Shown: positions 1 to 11,411 of the stretch, piece by piece
How positions within the stretch are numbered: position 1 is the first letter of the stretch
How the letters are laid out: every line of letters begins with the position of its first letter
Assembly (NCBI GenBank): GCA_964016885.1
Contig: OZ024751.1
Coordinates: 50,468,001-50,532,000, forward strand
Reading direction: 5' to 3'
DNA from: Eledone cirrhosa
Lineage: Eukaryota
Length of the DNA stretch: 64,000 bases
The notes under the pieces: generated by a model
Database searches by the model: none
The model's input: only the letters and a program-made list of their open reading frames with translations
Told to the model about the DNA's origin: nothing
Made by a program: the position numbers and the translations under genes

Positions 1-600
1 CATTGTTGTCACACTACCACCTGGCCCTTGTTTACCTTTAGTAGAGTCCATTGTTGTCACACTACCACCTGGCCCTTGTGTGTCTATAGTAGAGTCCATT
101 CTGTTGTCACACTATCACCTGGCTCTTGTTTACCTTTAGTAGAGTCCATTCTGTTGTCACACTACCACCTGGCCCTTGTGTGTCTATAGTAGAGTCCATT
201 CTGTTGTCACACTACCACCTGGCTCTTGTTTACCTTTAGTAGAGTCCATTGTTGTCACACAACCACCTGGCCCTTGTGTGTCTATAGTAGAGTCCATTCT
301 GTTGTCACACTACCACCTGGCTCCTGTTTACCTTTAGTAGAGTCCATTGTTGTCACACTACCACCTGGCCCTTGTGTGTCTATAGTAGAGTCCATTCTGT
401 TGTCACACTACCACCTGGCTCCTGTTTACCTTTAGTAGAGTCCATTGTTGTCACACTACCACCTGGCCCTTGTGTGTCTATAGTAGAGTCCATTCTGTTG
501 TCACACTACCAGCTGGCTCTTGTTTACCTTTAGTAGAGTCCATTCTGTTGTCACACTACCACCTGGCCCTTGTGTACTTTCAATAGAGTCCATTCTATTG
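1..600. repeat. Minisatellite, ~12 copies of 48/50-bp units, largely alternating two variants (~98-bp dimer); runs off the window edge
   Basis: Unit CATT(CT)GTTGTCACACTACCACCTGGCYCTTG followed by either TTTACCTTTAGTAGAGTC or TGTGTCTATAGTAGAGTC. Confidence 0.97.
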
Positions 601-692
601 CAAACATTTAGAGCAGGTTTCCAATTTAAGGATACTTTCCTTCCCTTCCACCTTCCAGTCTCAAAAAGGGTCATGAGTTCTATTCTTCCCTC
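563..692 (-). CDS. Candidate internal coding exon of an unidentified gene (EGRIELMTLFETGRWKGRKVSLNWKPALNVCNRMDSIESTQGP)
   Basis: Minus strand has a long pyrimidine tract TTCTTTTATTTTTTACTGTTTGTTCAAG, then purine-rich unique sequence open only in phase 0. Donor ambiguous (CCAG|GTGGTA at 563 or GAAA|GTACAC at 578). No homology recognised. Confidence 0.25.
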
Positions 693-717
693 CTTGAACA
701 AACAGTAAAAAATAAAA

Positions 718-900
718 GAACCCAAATCAGCCCTAAATAGAGTAAACCTATGATGAAAGGCATTCCAGCCATGACTATCCTGTCTTGTATAACTAGGACT
801 ACACTACCAAATGTGACCTTCCTTTCTTTTTTCCAAATGGTAGGCTGTGATTTGAGAGATATCTGGCTGTTATTTAGAGCAGGTCAATGGTCAAATAGAA
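718..900 (+). repeat. Unclassified old interspersed repeat (related fragments at ~18640-18705, ~23005-23100, ~63368-63440)
   Basis: Shared core like ACCTATGAT..AAGGCATTCCAGCCATGAC.ATC.TGTC across four loci. Confidence 0.6.
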
Positions 901-1319
901 GCCCTTTTCTTCATATTGGTTTGTGTAAGAAGTATTATGTTGTATGGCAGGGAAACTTTACTTGACGTCCATTTTCTCTGCTAGCAAAAGTTGGTTGGGT
1001 CTTCAGAGACCAAGCCAGTACTTAGCTTTCATTGAGAGTGTGGTGTGTGTTCATTTCCAACTTAGTAGATTTAGATAAATTTCTTCAAACTTTTTCCAGA
1101 TCCTCTGAGATGGTAAAATTGATATGGCCTTCATGTGGCAAACTATAAACATCTGCTAGCTCAATGTTTGCAGGACAGAAATTTGAGACCAAGATGGATA
1201 ATCAAGTATTTTAAAATTGATTTGTAATGGACTGTGCAGTCTATTCCACTATGTAGAAGAAATATATACTCCACTTCTTCCTCTAAATAAAACATTATTA
1301 TTGTTAGATCCTTAGAATC

Positions 1320-1520
1320 TTTAGAGTGTTGGACAAAATGCTTTGCAGTATTTTGTTACGGACCTCTGTGTTCTGAGTTCAAATCCTATCAAAGTCAACT
1401 TTGTCTTTTATTTTTCTGGAGTCAATAAAATAAAGTACAAATGATGTACTGAGGTTGATTTAATTGACTAACTCCCTTTGGCAAATTTTTGGCCTTGTAC
1501 CTATATTAGAGCCATTATCA
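1320..1520 (+). mobile_element. tRNA-derived SINE family A, degenerate copy
   Basis: CTGAGTTCAAATCC B-box, GTCAACTTTG..GTCAATAAAATAAAGTAC, GGCCTTGTACC; aligns to cleaner copies at 3281 and 61866. Confidence 0.85.
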
Positions 1521-1689
1521 TCATACTAGAAAGATAAACAGATTGAGAGGTTGATAAATGTATATAAATGTATATATGTATATATATAAATGTAAGAAAA
1601 GAGGATGTGGGAAGGAAGGAAAGAAGGAATTTGGGCTGATATAAGTAAAAAGGAAATATCTAGGTTATAGTGTATGTAGCTCAGCATGA

Positions 1690-1918
1690 GGATCATCATC
1701 ATCATCATCATCATCACAATCATCACCAGAATCACCATCATCATCAGTACCATAACCACGACCATCAACATCATCATCATCAGTACCATCACCACGACCA
1801 TATCACCACCACCATCATCATCATCAACAGCACCATCATCTTCACCATCACAATCGTCTTCATCCTCACCACTGCCATCTTTGTCCTCACAATCAGTATC
1901 ACCCCATCATCATCATCT
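1690..1918. repeat. (CAT/CAC)n microsatellite
   Basis: Direct reading; explains the poly-H/I/T ORFs. Confidence 0.95.
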
Positions 1919-2082
1919 GTAGCTGCAGCTGTCCATATGTTCAGGAAGTTGATAACATCTAACAGTCATGGTAGATGCTCTATATACATTATATATATAA
2001 TAAATGCTCTATAAACATTATATGCACTATACTGACACTGTATATATGATAGACGGTGTATATACATTATTTACTCTATACT

Positions 2083-2278
2083 CATCATCATCATCATCAT
2101 CAACGTTTAACGTCCGTGTTCCACGCTTGCATGGGTTTGGACGGGGGTAGTCCCACTTGAGGCAAGAGTGATTTTCTTGCTCGCATAGGACTGTCTGGCA
2201 GGTTTTCTACAGTTGGATGCCCTTCCTAACACCAACCACATTTACAGTGTGGGTCTGGGAGGTTTTTACCGTGTTGCC
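2083..2278 (-). mobile_element. SINE family B, 3' portion with (TGA)n tail
   Basis: Reverse complement has GTTGGTGTTAGGAAGGGCATCCA and ...GGACGTTAAACG plus TGATGA tail. Confidence 0.85.
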
Positions 2279-2439
2279 CATATATATATATAATAAATGC
2301 TCTATATACACTATACTTGCACTATATAAATGATGGCCTCTATACATTATATACTCTATACTCACATCATATATATATGATAGTGTATATAATTTATATA
2401 CACTATACTCACACCATATATATGATAGTCTTTTATTGG

Positions 2440-2812
2440 GTCAATATGCCATACTGTACACTTCTATACAGATGTGGCAGAAGTTACTGGGGTTTGACTG
2501 GGAGGTTTTGCTGCACCTTCCATATTCGACCAATCTTGCACCTTCAGATTTCCGCCGTTTCAGTCTCCCTAAAAATTGAAGGGACAGACCTGCAACTCTG
2601 AAGAGGATGTAAAAGTTCACCTGTAAGAGTTTTTTTGCCAGTAAAGACATGAAATTCTTTGAGCAGGGTATAATGGACCTGCCCAAATGATGGCAGAAAA
2701 TATTGGAATGAAACTGTAATTATATTATTGATTTAATAGATCACATCGTGTTTAAAATTTGTGTCATATTTTTGCTTAAAAAACTGAACAAACTTTTTGG
2801 GCAACCCTGTTT
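2440..2812 (+). mobile_element. Mariner (Tc1/mariner DD34D) transposon 3' remnant: decayed transposase C-terminus and right TIR
   Basis: Translates to QKLLGFDWEVLLHLPYSTNLAPSDF (mariner WEVLPHPPYSPDLAPSDF motif), then SKDMKFFEQGIMDLPK*WQKILE*NCNYIID with stops and frameshifts; ends in ACAAACTTTTTGGGCAACCCTGT followed by TA. Confidence 0.92.
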
Positions 2813-2825
2813 ATATATATATATA

Positions 2826-3078
2826 TAGCTGTAGAAATAAGATGATAGGACTGGGTTCCCTATCATTCCACTGCAAAGTGGTCGTGGAGGTGCCATGGCA
2901 AAAAAGCACCCAGCCCACACTGTAAAGTAGACGTGTAGGCGCCACGGAAAAAAGCACCCAGCACTCACTGTAAATGAAGTTGGTGTTAGGAAGGGCATCC
3001 AGCTGTAGAAATCAAGCCAGAATCAGTTCCCGTCCCACCCTTGCAAGCAGGGAAAGGCGGACGTAAAATGATGATGAT
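2826..3078 (+). mobile_element. SINE family B, 5'-truncated, in a (TA)n tract
   Basis: Matches the 3' two-thirds of the 6201 and 12074 copies; ends GGACGTAAAATGATGATGA. Confidence 0.92.
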
Positions 3079-3109
3079 GAGATATACATATATATATATA
3101 TATGTATAT

Positions 3110-3215
3110 ATAGTTCAAAATGATAAACAAATGCAGGAGTCAGTGGTACATAGTGTTATTAGCTTCACGCTTGGTGAGAATGGAGGAGGTTACGCCATTT
3201 TGAACATAAGGGAGT
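3110..3215 (-). mobile_element. Fragment of a Penelope-like terminal repeat (related to 24762 and 34630)
   Basis: Minus strand CAAGCGTGAAGCTAATAAC resembles CAAGCGTAAAACCAATAAC at 34.7 kb; ends in (TA)n. Confidence 0.5.
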
Positions 3216-3280
3216 AAGGAGGAGATATATATATATATATAATTATATTATATTATTTATGTTCATACATAAATAATAAG

Positions 3281-3472
3281 GGGCGGAAAATTGGCAGTAT
3301 TGGTAGAGGTTTGGACGCCATGCTTTCTAGCATAGTTACGTCCCTTTACAGTCTGAGTTCAAATCCCGCCGAGGTTAACTTTGCCTTTCATCCTTACGGG
3401 GTCGATAAAATAAAGTACCAGTAATGTACTGGGTAATTGCTGGCCTTGTGCCTAAACTAGAAACAATTATTT
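3281..3472 (+). mobile_element. SINE family A, full length
   Basis: A-box-like TGGCAGTATTGG, B-box GAGTTCAAATCCC, central GCCTTTCATCCTTACGGGGTCGATAAAATAAAGTACCAG; flanked by duplicated ATTATTTATGTTCAT. Confidence 0.95.
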
Positions 3473-3489
3473 ATGTTCATTCATGGAAT

Positions 3490-4345
3490 AAAAAAGCTAC
3501 CCAAGGTTTCAAGCCCAAATTTCACCATACCTCCAGGTGTTTATAGGAGTATAAAGATTTGGGTAGCACTTTTGTTCCGTGTGAACGTAACCTGCGCATT
3601 ACTGTCAGCAGCGATTTGCGTTGGAGAAAGCACATCTCTAAAATTGTCAAGAAGGCTGAGGGTGTCTTGGCATCACTCAGCAAGACCTTTGTTAACCACT
3701 CTCCAGCCATCTATTTAAAGCTGTATACAGCTATGGTATGACCACACTTGGAATTCGCATCATCAGTCTGGAGCCCCTATCTTGCTCAAAACATTGACCT
3801 CCTGGAAACTGTTCAGAGACGTGCAACCAAACGCACACCCTCCATCAGACACCTACCATACTCTGAAGGCCTTGCTTCCCTGGGCATGGATTCATTGAAG
3901 CTCCCACATCTGGCAATGGACTTGGTAAACACCCACAAAGTTATTAACCATCTCGCCAACAACAACCCTGAGCACCTTTTTGATCTCCATGTGTCTAATA
4001 CACGTGGACATGCCTACAAAGTCAGAAAACAGCACAGCTCCCATGACTTTCGGAAACATTTTTTCACGCTCAGAGTTGCTGAAGCATGGAACAAACTGCC
4101 TGCGTCAGTTGTTAGCTGCTGAGACACTGCATCCTTTAAAACCCTCATGCTTCCCGAAATTCGCCAAAACTACACCTGATGTCCCCCTTCCATACACATG
4201 CACACATGTGTATATTATGACTCATGCACTGTTCATTTTCCTGACGTTTGTACATTACCCTATGTACTATACATACACTTTTGATGAGTTGTAGTGCACC
4301 TGAGCACTGTACACAATATTTTCATTATTCATTATTCATATTCAA
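3490..4345 (+). mobile_element. CR1/L2-group LINE, 5'-truncated: RT C-terminal region plus 3' UTR, pseudogenised
   Basis: KLYTAMV*PHLEFASSVWSPY..IDLLETVQRRATK..LPYSE.L..L..RGHAYKV..RKHFFTLRVAEAWNKLPASVV are typical CR1-type post-RT motifs; internal stop; (TTCATTA)n tail. Confidence 0.92.
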
Positions 4346-4974
4346 ATATATATATTTCTGGTCTCTTCCTGATTGAGCAGTTTCCTGTTTTCCTTTTCAT
4401 ACCTACAGATATTGCTACATGTACACACACATATATATATATTTATTAATGTTTGTGTGTATACATATTGAGGTATGTATGTGTGTATGTATATGTTATA
4501 TACACGTAAGTTTGTTTGTGTCTTAAACGTTTTACTTCGCATTTACATATTGCATACATGTGCACATACACATACAGTCTCTCTCTCTCACACACACAGC
4601 ACAACCTCTCTCTCTCTCTCAAACACACCTGTGCCATTATTAAATCTGACTCACAACTCTGCTAACCAGCTGTTGTTCTCTGTATATATGTATGTGTGTG
4701 TGTATATATATATACATATATATATATCTGTCATCCACATTATGTCTGTGTCATGACTACCACACACTCTACTATTATATATAACAGCTCCTCCAATATA
4801 TCAACATTTAACACTTGATTAATTTATAATACCAATTTATGGTGAACTTCCAACCCAGAGGTCTTTGTATGTCTTTGCGAAGACAACCTGTCTCAGCAAG
4901 TAGTTACTCTACATTGAAACTGACCCTGGGTAGAGAGGACTCTTCAATACAGTCAAACATACTCTCAACAAAAT

Positions 4975-5100
4975 GCACAGTCCACATGGCAAAGTGTTTG
5001 GTGATAGGAAGGGCATCCAACCAGGTAAACCCTGCCAAAAACCTTTGAGTAGTAGAAAATATATTTTAATTCAACCCATGCAAGCATGGAAAAAATGGCT
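4975..5100 (+). mobile_element. SINE family B-related 3' tail, degenerate
   Basis: TAGGAAGGGCATCCA...CAACCCATGCAAGCATGGAAAA. Confidence 0.7.
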
Positions 5101-5105
5101 ATAAT

Positions 5106-5107
<2 letters not shown>

Positions 5108-5136
<29 letters not shown>

Positions 5137-5486
5137 CCGTTTTACGTCCGTTCTTCCACGCTAGCATGGGTTAGATGGGTTTTCCTGTTGTGGGCAGTGT
5201 CCGGTCAGTTGACCTTGTCTTGCTCATACAGGAACTGATTCTGGCTTGATTTCTACAGCTGGATGCCCTTCTTAACACCAACCTCATTTACAGTGAGTGC
5301 TGGGTGCTTTTTTTCTGTGGTGCCTACACGACCACTTTACAGTGTGAGTTGGGTGCTTTTTTTGCCGTGGCACCTACACGACCACTTTGCAGTGGAATGA
5401 TAGAGACCCTAGTCCTATCATCTCATTTCTACAACTAAGTAAACTGGAGCAATGTGAAATCAAGTGTCTTGCTCAAGGAAATAACA
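5108..5486 (-). mobile_element. SINE family B lacking the tRNA head
   Basis: Reverse complement matches the 6201 copy from TTCCTTGAGCAAGACAC onward; (TGA)n tail. Confidence 0.92.
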
Positions 5487-5488
5487 TA

Positions 5489-5526
<38 letters not shown>

Positions 5527-5553
5527 ATGTTAGTTCCACAACAAATTAGCAAA

Positions 5554-5605
5554 CCATAGTCGAGGACATGTGTTTCACCCTAGGGATTCTTCAACTCATG
5601 TATGG
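5554..5605 (-). ncRNA. Type I hammerhead ribozyme-like motif (C3 replaced by U)
   Basis: Minus strand: CCATACATGAG-TTGAAGA-ATCCCTAGGGT-GAAAC-ACAT-GTC-CTCGACTATGG. Helix I GAG/CTC plus CCATA/TATGG, short helix II, GUC cleavage triplet. Confidence 0.7.
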
Positions 5606-5854
5606 TAATAGTGAGAACTGAAATATATATATAAGCCGGTTGGATTCTGTGCAGCTGATGTTGAAATATGAATGTGTATGGAGAATCTCATGGGTGTGGA
5701 GAAAAACTATATTGTGTAATATGTTTATATGTCTATATAATATATAGCATATAATGTATATATTACATGATATATAAAATATATGTTTCTTATGTGTATA
5801 TCTATAAAATCTCCATAATCAACATCTTATTTCTCTTTTTTTTGTCATTTTTAG

Positions 5855-5905
5855 GTAAGTGGTACATTTTCATACATTAAATTCTTTGGTCTATTTCCAG
5901 TTCAG
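5855..5905 (+). other. Candidate 51-nt exon or recursive splice site (AG|GTAAGT)
   Basis: TTTCTCTTTTTTTTGTCATTTTTAG|GTAAGT, then CAG|GTAAAC 51 nt later; phase 0 is open (VSGTFSYIKFFGLFPVQ). Confidence 0.4.
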
Positions 5906-5966
5906 GTAAACACAGTTAATTTATTATGATTTGTTCATACACAAATTCATTCGACAGACAGAGAGA

Positions 5967-6031
5967 TCTGTCTGACGAACGATCCAGAAGTATATATTAT
6001 CGTCTGTGATCCAGAAACCTTTGGTTATGGA
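5967..6031 (+). ncRNA. Hammerhead ribozyme-like motif with extended helix II (degenerate)
   Basis: TCTGT-CTGACGA-[GATCCAGA...TCTGTGATC]-GAAACC-TTT-GGTT-ATGGA; helix I relies on G-U pairs. Confidence 0.5.
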
Positions 6032-6061
6032 GTAGTTATATTTTTTGTGTTGTTCACTTTC

Positions 6062-6535
<474 letters not shown>

Positions 6536-6566
6536 ATATAAAATCAGAGATGAGCTTACATATTGA

Positions 6567-6660
6567 GGCATATCTGAGGATCTTTCGATTCCAGAGTCAG
6601 GTTCGATCAATAATAGATCATTCCTTGAGCTGATCGACAGTGAAACATATGTAATTTGTT
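6567..6660 (+). ncRNA. Type I hammerhead ribozyme-like motif with ~60-nt helix II
   Basis: GGCATAT-CTGAGGA-[TCGAT/ATCGA, CAG/CTG, TCAGG/CCTTGA, GATC/GATC stems]-GAAAC-ATAT-GTA-ATTTGTT; palindromic helix III ACATATGT. Confidence 0.7.
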
Positions 6661-6710
6661 ATTAAATATGTTATGATACAACACTGATTTTTTGTTCCTT
6701 TATTCTTATA

Positions 6711-6760
<50 letters not shown>

Positions 6761-7621
6761 GCCAGTCACTAACAGAATGACATCTTCTTTGTGCGAGTCA
6801 AGAAACCTCCAGGGGTTTGTGAGCATGTGTGTAAGTGTATATACTTTCATTTATATAATCAGTGAACATGTCCCTTTTATACATTCTACACCGGCATTGT
6901 TTGAGTTTTGTTTCTCCTAATTTTACAACTAAAATACCAACAAAAAGAAACTTTCCCTATAAATATGAAACACCCTAATCTACACATATCTAAACATACA
7001 TAGACATATGCTTTCATACACATATATATATATATATGCACTCTACGCATATGTAAACATACATACGTAGACATTTGCTCTGTCACTCTCATATACACAC
7101 ATAAATGTGCATACATACACATATATATATGCACTCTACACATATGTAAACATACATACTTACATACATAGATGTATGCTCTCTCACTCTCACACATAAA
7201 AATACACACATACACACACATAAAAATACATAGCTATATATATATATATGTGTGTGTGTGTTCTCACACATTTTTAGGATTGGCACCCATGTTAGGTTTT
7301 AGAGTTCTTTCTCTCTATCTTTGTTTACTTTCAGTTTGTTAGTAATATGGCTACTTCCTGATAGCTGCTGGCATTCTTCAAACAAGGAATTCTATTATAA
7401 TTATCTTCCACCCCACACCAATTATAACTGATGCCACTGGCTGGGTCTTGCCCATTCTTGAAGCTAGTGAGCAATTTGGAATGTTCCTTTTATTCTTTTA
7501 TTGGTTTCAGCCACTAAACTGTGGCCATGCTAAGGCACTTCCAGCCCCCACCTACCACGCCTTATGGCCTCTCTAGTAAGGAATTTTGAAGATAGAAAAT
7601 TATATAGATACCAACAATGCT

Positions 7622-8034
7622 TTAACCCTTTGGCATTTACATTATTTTTGTGGAAAAGGGCAGTGGTTTGGCAGTATCAGTAGAGCGTAAGACACCATGC
7701 TTTGCAGCATAGTGTGTGGCCCTTTACATTCTGAATTCAAATCTGCTGAGGTTAGCTTTGCCTTTCATCCTTACACGGTTGATAAAATGAAGAACCAGTA
7801 ATGCACTGGGGAAATTGCTGGCCTTGTGCCAAAAGTAGAAACAATTATTTTTGTGGTAAAGGTTTTATCTTACATAACTGTCTCACATAATATTGAATTT
7901 ATGAGATTTTGATGTTATTTATTTTGAGAACAATACCTTAATATCAGTATGAGAGGCTGGTTACAGCTGGTTTGAACTGAAAGAGGTGAGAGAATTCTGG
8001 CCGGATATGGCCGGTTTAAATACTAAAGGGTTAA
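7622..8034 (-). mobile_element. piggyBac-type MITE (TTAA target) interrupted by a SINE
   Basis: TTAA-CCCTTTGGCATTTA...TAAATACTAAAGGG-TTAA; interior matches the other four copies. Confidence 0.9.
7654..7856 (+). mobile_element. SINE family A nested in the MITE
   Basis: Full SINE A body; target-site duplication ATTATTTTTGTGG at 7641-7653 and 7844-7856. Confidence 0.93.
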
Positions 8035-8354
8035 ACTGTGGCCATGTTGGAGTACTTCCAGTCCCCACCTGCCACCACTTATGACCTCTCTATCTAGTAA
8101 GGAATTTTGAAGATAGAACATTATATAAACACCAACAATTCTTATTAAGATTTATGTAATCTGTGACCTAGTTGCTAGAGTGTTAAACTCTTGATGGTAG
8201 AGTTATGTCGTGGGTTTCATTCCTGGACATAGCTATGATTTGTTCTTGAGAAAGATACTTAATTTCACAGAGCTTCTCTGAGTTCAAATCCCGGTTGGAA
8301 TACCTTTGATCATAGGTTTGCTGGATCAGTGTTTACCTGGAATGAAACAGCAAC

Positions 8355-8362
8355 AACTGCTG

Positions 8363-8399
<37 letters not shown>

Positions 8400-8705
8400 T
8401 ACTAATACTACTACTTCTAATACTACCACTGCTGCTACTACTACTACTGTTACTACTACTACTGCTGCTACTACTACTACTGTTACTACTACTACTGCTG
8501 CTACTATTACTACTACTACTACTACTATTGCTGCTGCTGCTGCTGCTGCTACTACTACTACTACTACTACTGCTCCTGCTACTACTAATACTATTACTTA
8601 CTACTACTACCACTGCTACTACTACTACTATTACCACTGCTACTACTACTACTACTACTACTACTGTTACTACCGCCACCTCTCAGCAGTAGCAGCAGCA
8701 GCTAC
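8355..8705. repeat. (CTA/CTG)n microsatellite
   Basis: Direct reading. Confidence 0.97.
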
Positions 8706-8945
8706 TCCTTAGAATCCAACAATTGCTATCAGGTTTGGGTGATGTCAGTTTTTCAGTGGTGTATGGATTAACGAGAAAATAAAAATAAAAACCTGCCTGA
8801 TTAATAGAAATATTGGGAAATAAATAATTACACATGAAATTTAGGGAATTTCTTAACCATCCCACCCTGAGAATGTTCCCTCACCCCCCACCTCTCTCAG
8901 CAATTTGCTAAGAAAGCAGAACCAGAACTATATGAATATATAAAT

Positions 8946-8946
<1 letters not shown>

Positions 8947-9008
<62 letters not shown>

Positions 9009-9060
9009 ACTCTCTTACTTTATTTCTCTCTCTCCTACTCCTTCACTTTCTCTCTCTCAC
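8947..9060. repeat. (CT)n microsatellite
   Basis: Direct reading. Confidence 0.97.
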
Positions 9061-9244
9061 CTCTCACCCCCTTTGTTACTATGTTCTGCTATTGTTTCTA
9101 ATAAGCTCAGTCACACATTTTTGTTGATTAAATTGAACCCCAGTATTTGACTGGTATTTCAGTTTATTGATTTATCCTATGTTTACTAATGTTATATGTC
9201 ATATGTACTCCTGTATCAGTGACACTGGTAGATATGTCACATAA

Positions 9245-9745
9245 ACACACACACACACACACACACACACCTTCACACATATACATGCGCACACACACAC
9301 ATATTCATGCACACACACACCTTCATACACATATACATGCACACACACACACATTCACACATATACATGCACACACACACACACATATTCATGCGCACAC
9401 ACACCTTCATACACATATACATGCACACACACACACACCTTCATACACATACATGCACACACACACACACACACCTTCACACACACACATATACATGCAC
9501 ACACACACACATATTCATGCACACACACACCTTCATACACATATACATGCACACACACACACACACACCTTCATACACATATACATGCACACACACACAC
9601 ACACCTTCATACACATATACATGCACACACACACACACCTTCACACACACACACATATACATGCACACACACAGCCATGATTATACGCACACACACACAA
9701 ATAGATGCACACACACAGCCATAAATATACACACACACACACATA
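9245..9745. repeat. CA-rich compound minisatellite
   Basis: Repeating CCTTCATACACATATACATG(CA)n units. Confidence 0.95.
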
Positions 9746-9751
9746 TCATCA

Positions 9752-10130
9752 TCAGGAGTTCCCATATTAAGAAGCTAGATATAGCCCTGAACATCTTAAG
9801 GCTCATCTGTTCTACACCAACTGCATATCTACCTGAGCTCTCAGACATTGTTCCAGCACCCTTTCATAGGGCACATCACATATTTCAGTTGGTAACCAAG
9901 CCCTCAATAGACCCAAATCATTCGCTCCATGGCATGACTGTGCGACTCAAATTTCCACATGTTTCAAACATGAAGAGCTAGCTGGCAACAAATATCTTGA
10001 CCAGCCCAACTGTATGTCCATCCCAGTACAACCCTCCCACCAGGTGCTAACTTCTTTTCGGGGGGAGTGGGTGTCTCTGTATTGGCTGATTCAATGCAAC
10101 CATGCACCACAGGGGCCTGCACTTGTTATC
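9752..10130 (+). mobile_element. Decayed LINE fragment, Ingi/Vingi-like post-RT region
   Basis: RSSHIKKLDIALN...TPTAYLPELSDIVP...HSLH and PGAN...EWVSL resemble the SAH..KLD.ALN...TP..LP.L.GI.P...HPLH / PG..L.R..W..LNR pattern; clade assignment is from recall. Confidence 0.65.
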
Positions 10131-10242
10131 AGCCTGCAGAACACAGTGAGTGCTTCACTCTGTGTGTGTGTATACATGTTTCTTAAAAATATGTTTTCTT
10201 TATATATTTACTTATTTATTTATTTACTCATTTTTTTTTTTT

Positions 10243-10565
10243 GTATATATTTCTATATTTGTATATCTGTGTCTATACTTGTGTATATATTTCTATATTT
10301 ATATCTGTGTCTATACTTGTGTATATATTTCTATATTTGTATATCTGTGTCTATACTTGTGTATATATTTCTATATTTATATCTGTGTCTATACTTGTGT
10401 ATATATTTCTATATTTATATCTGTGTCTATACTTGTGTATATATTTATATATTTATATCTGTGTCTATACTTGTGTATATATTTCTATATTTGTATATCT
10501 GTGTCTATACTTGTGTATATATTTATATATTTATATCTGTGTCTATACTTGTGTATATATTTCTA
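10243..10565. repeat. Minisatellite, 36-40-bp units, ~8 copies
   Basis: GTATATATTTCTATATTT(GTAT)ATATCTGTGTCTATACTTGT. Confidence 0.95.
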
Positions 10566-10917
10566 CAATGTTTAATCAAAGAAACAGAGAGATTTAATCA
10601 GGTTTAAGGTAGATTACAGTGGGCAATTGATTTTGGTGGGGAAGTTGTAATATATAAAGGAGTGATCTAGTGTGTGTGTGTAAGTGTGTGTGTGTGTGTG
10701 TGTGTATGTGTGTATGTATGTGTGTGTGTGTGTGTGCAATAAAGCTGACACTGATGGTGATAATGGTGGGGAAGTTGTTAGTGATGTTGTTGGTGATAAT
10801 GATGATGGTGTTGATAGTGATAATGATGATGATGGTGATAATAATGAGGATGCTGGGAATGATGGTTATTGTGGTAATGATAATGTTGATGGAGATGGTA
10901 GTGTTGTGGATAATAAT

Positions 10918-11101
10918 AGTTGTTTCTACTTTTGGCACAAGGCCAGCAATTACCCAGTACATTACTGGTACTTTATTTTATCGACCCCCGTAAGGATGAA
11001 AGGCAAAGTTAACTTCGGCGGGATTTGAACTCAGATCATAAAGGGACGTAACTCTATGCTGCAAAGCATGGTGTCCGACTCTCTACCGATACTGCCAATC
11101 C
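10918..11101 (-). mobile_element. SINE family A, full length
   Basis: Reverse complement of family A; TSD GTGGATAATAAT at 10906-10917 and 11102-11113. Confidence 0.95.
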
Positions 11102-11169
11102 GTGGATAATAATGATGCATTTTGAGCAAGGCCATTTCTCTGATGGGATCAGGGTCTTGTCTTCTTTCT

Positions 11170-11260
11170 GACTAACACTTTAATTTTTTACTAAGTTTAC
11201 TCTCAGCTATAAGAACCAGATCATCCACATAGAGAAGTTCCCATGGACTGCCAGTCTTTT
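11170..11260 (-). mobile_element. RTE-like LINE reverse transcriptase fragment
   Basis: Minus strand reads KTGSPWELLYVDDLVLIAES (YxDD catalytic motif). Confidence 0.8.
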
Positions 11261-11355
11261 GTAAGTGTAGTTATGGTCATCACTGGGATGTGTGAAAAGG
11301 ACCAGAAGGTGGTGGAAAGGGTGTTGCATGAACATGTCTGAAAAATAACATATAC

Positions 11356-11410
<55 letters not shown>

Positions 11411-11411
<1 letters not shown>

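Noticed and set aside
3559-4122. Functional protein-coding gene
   Set aside because: Truncated CR1-type LINE fragment with in-frame stops and no RT catalytic core.
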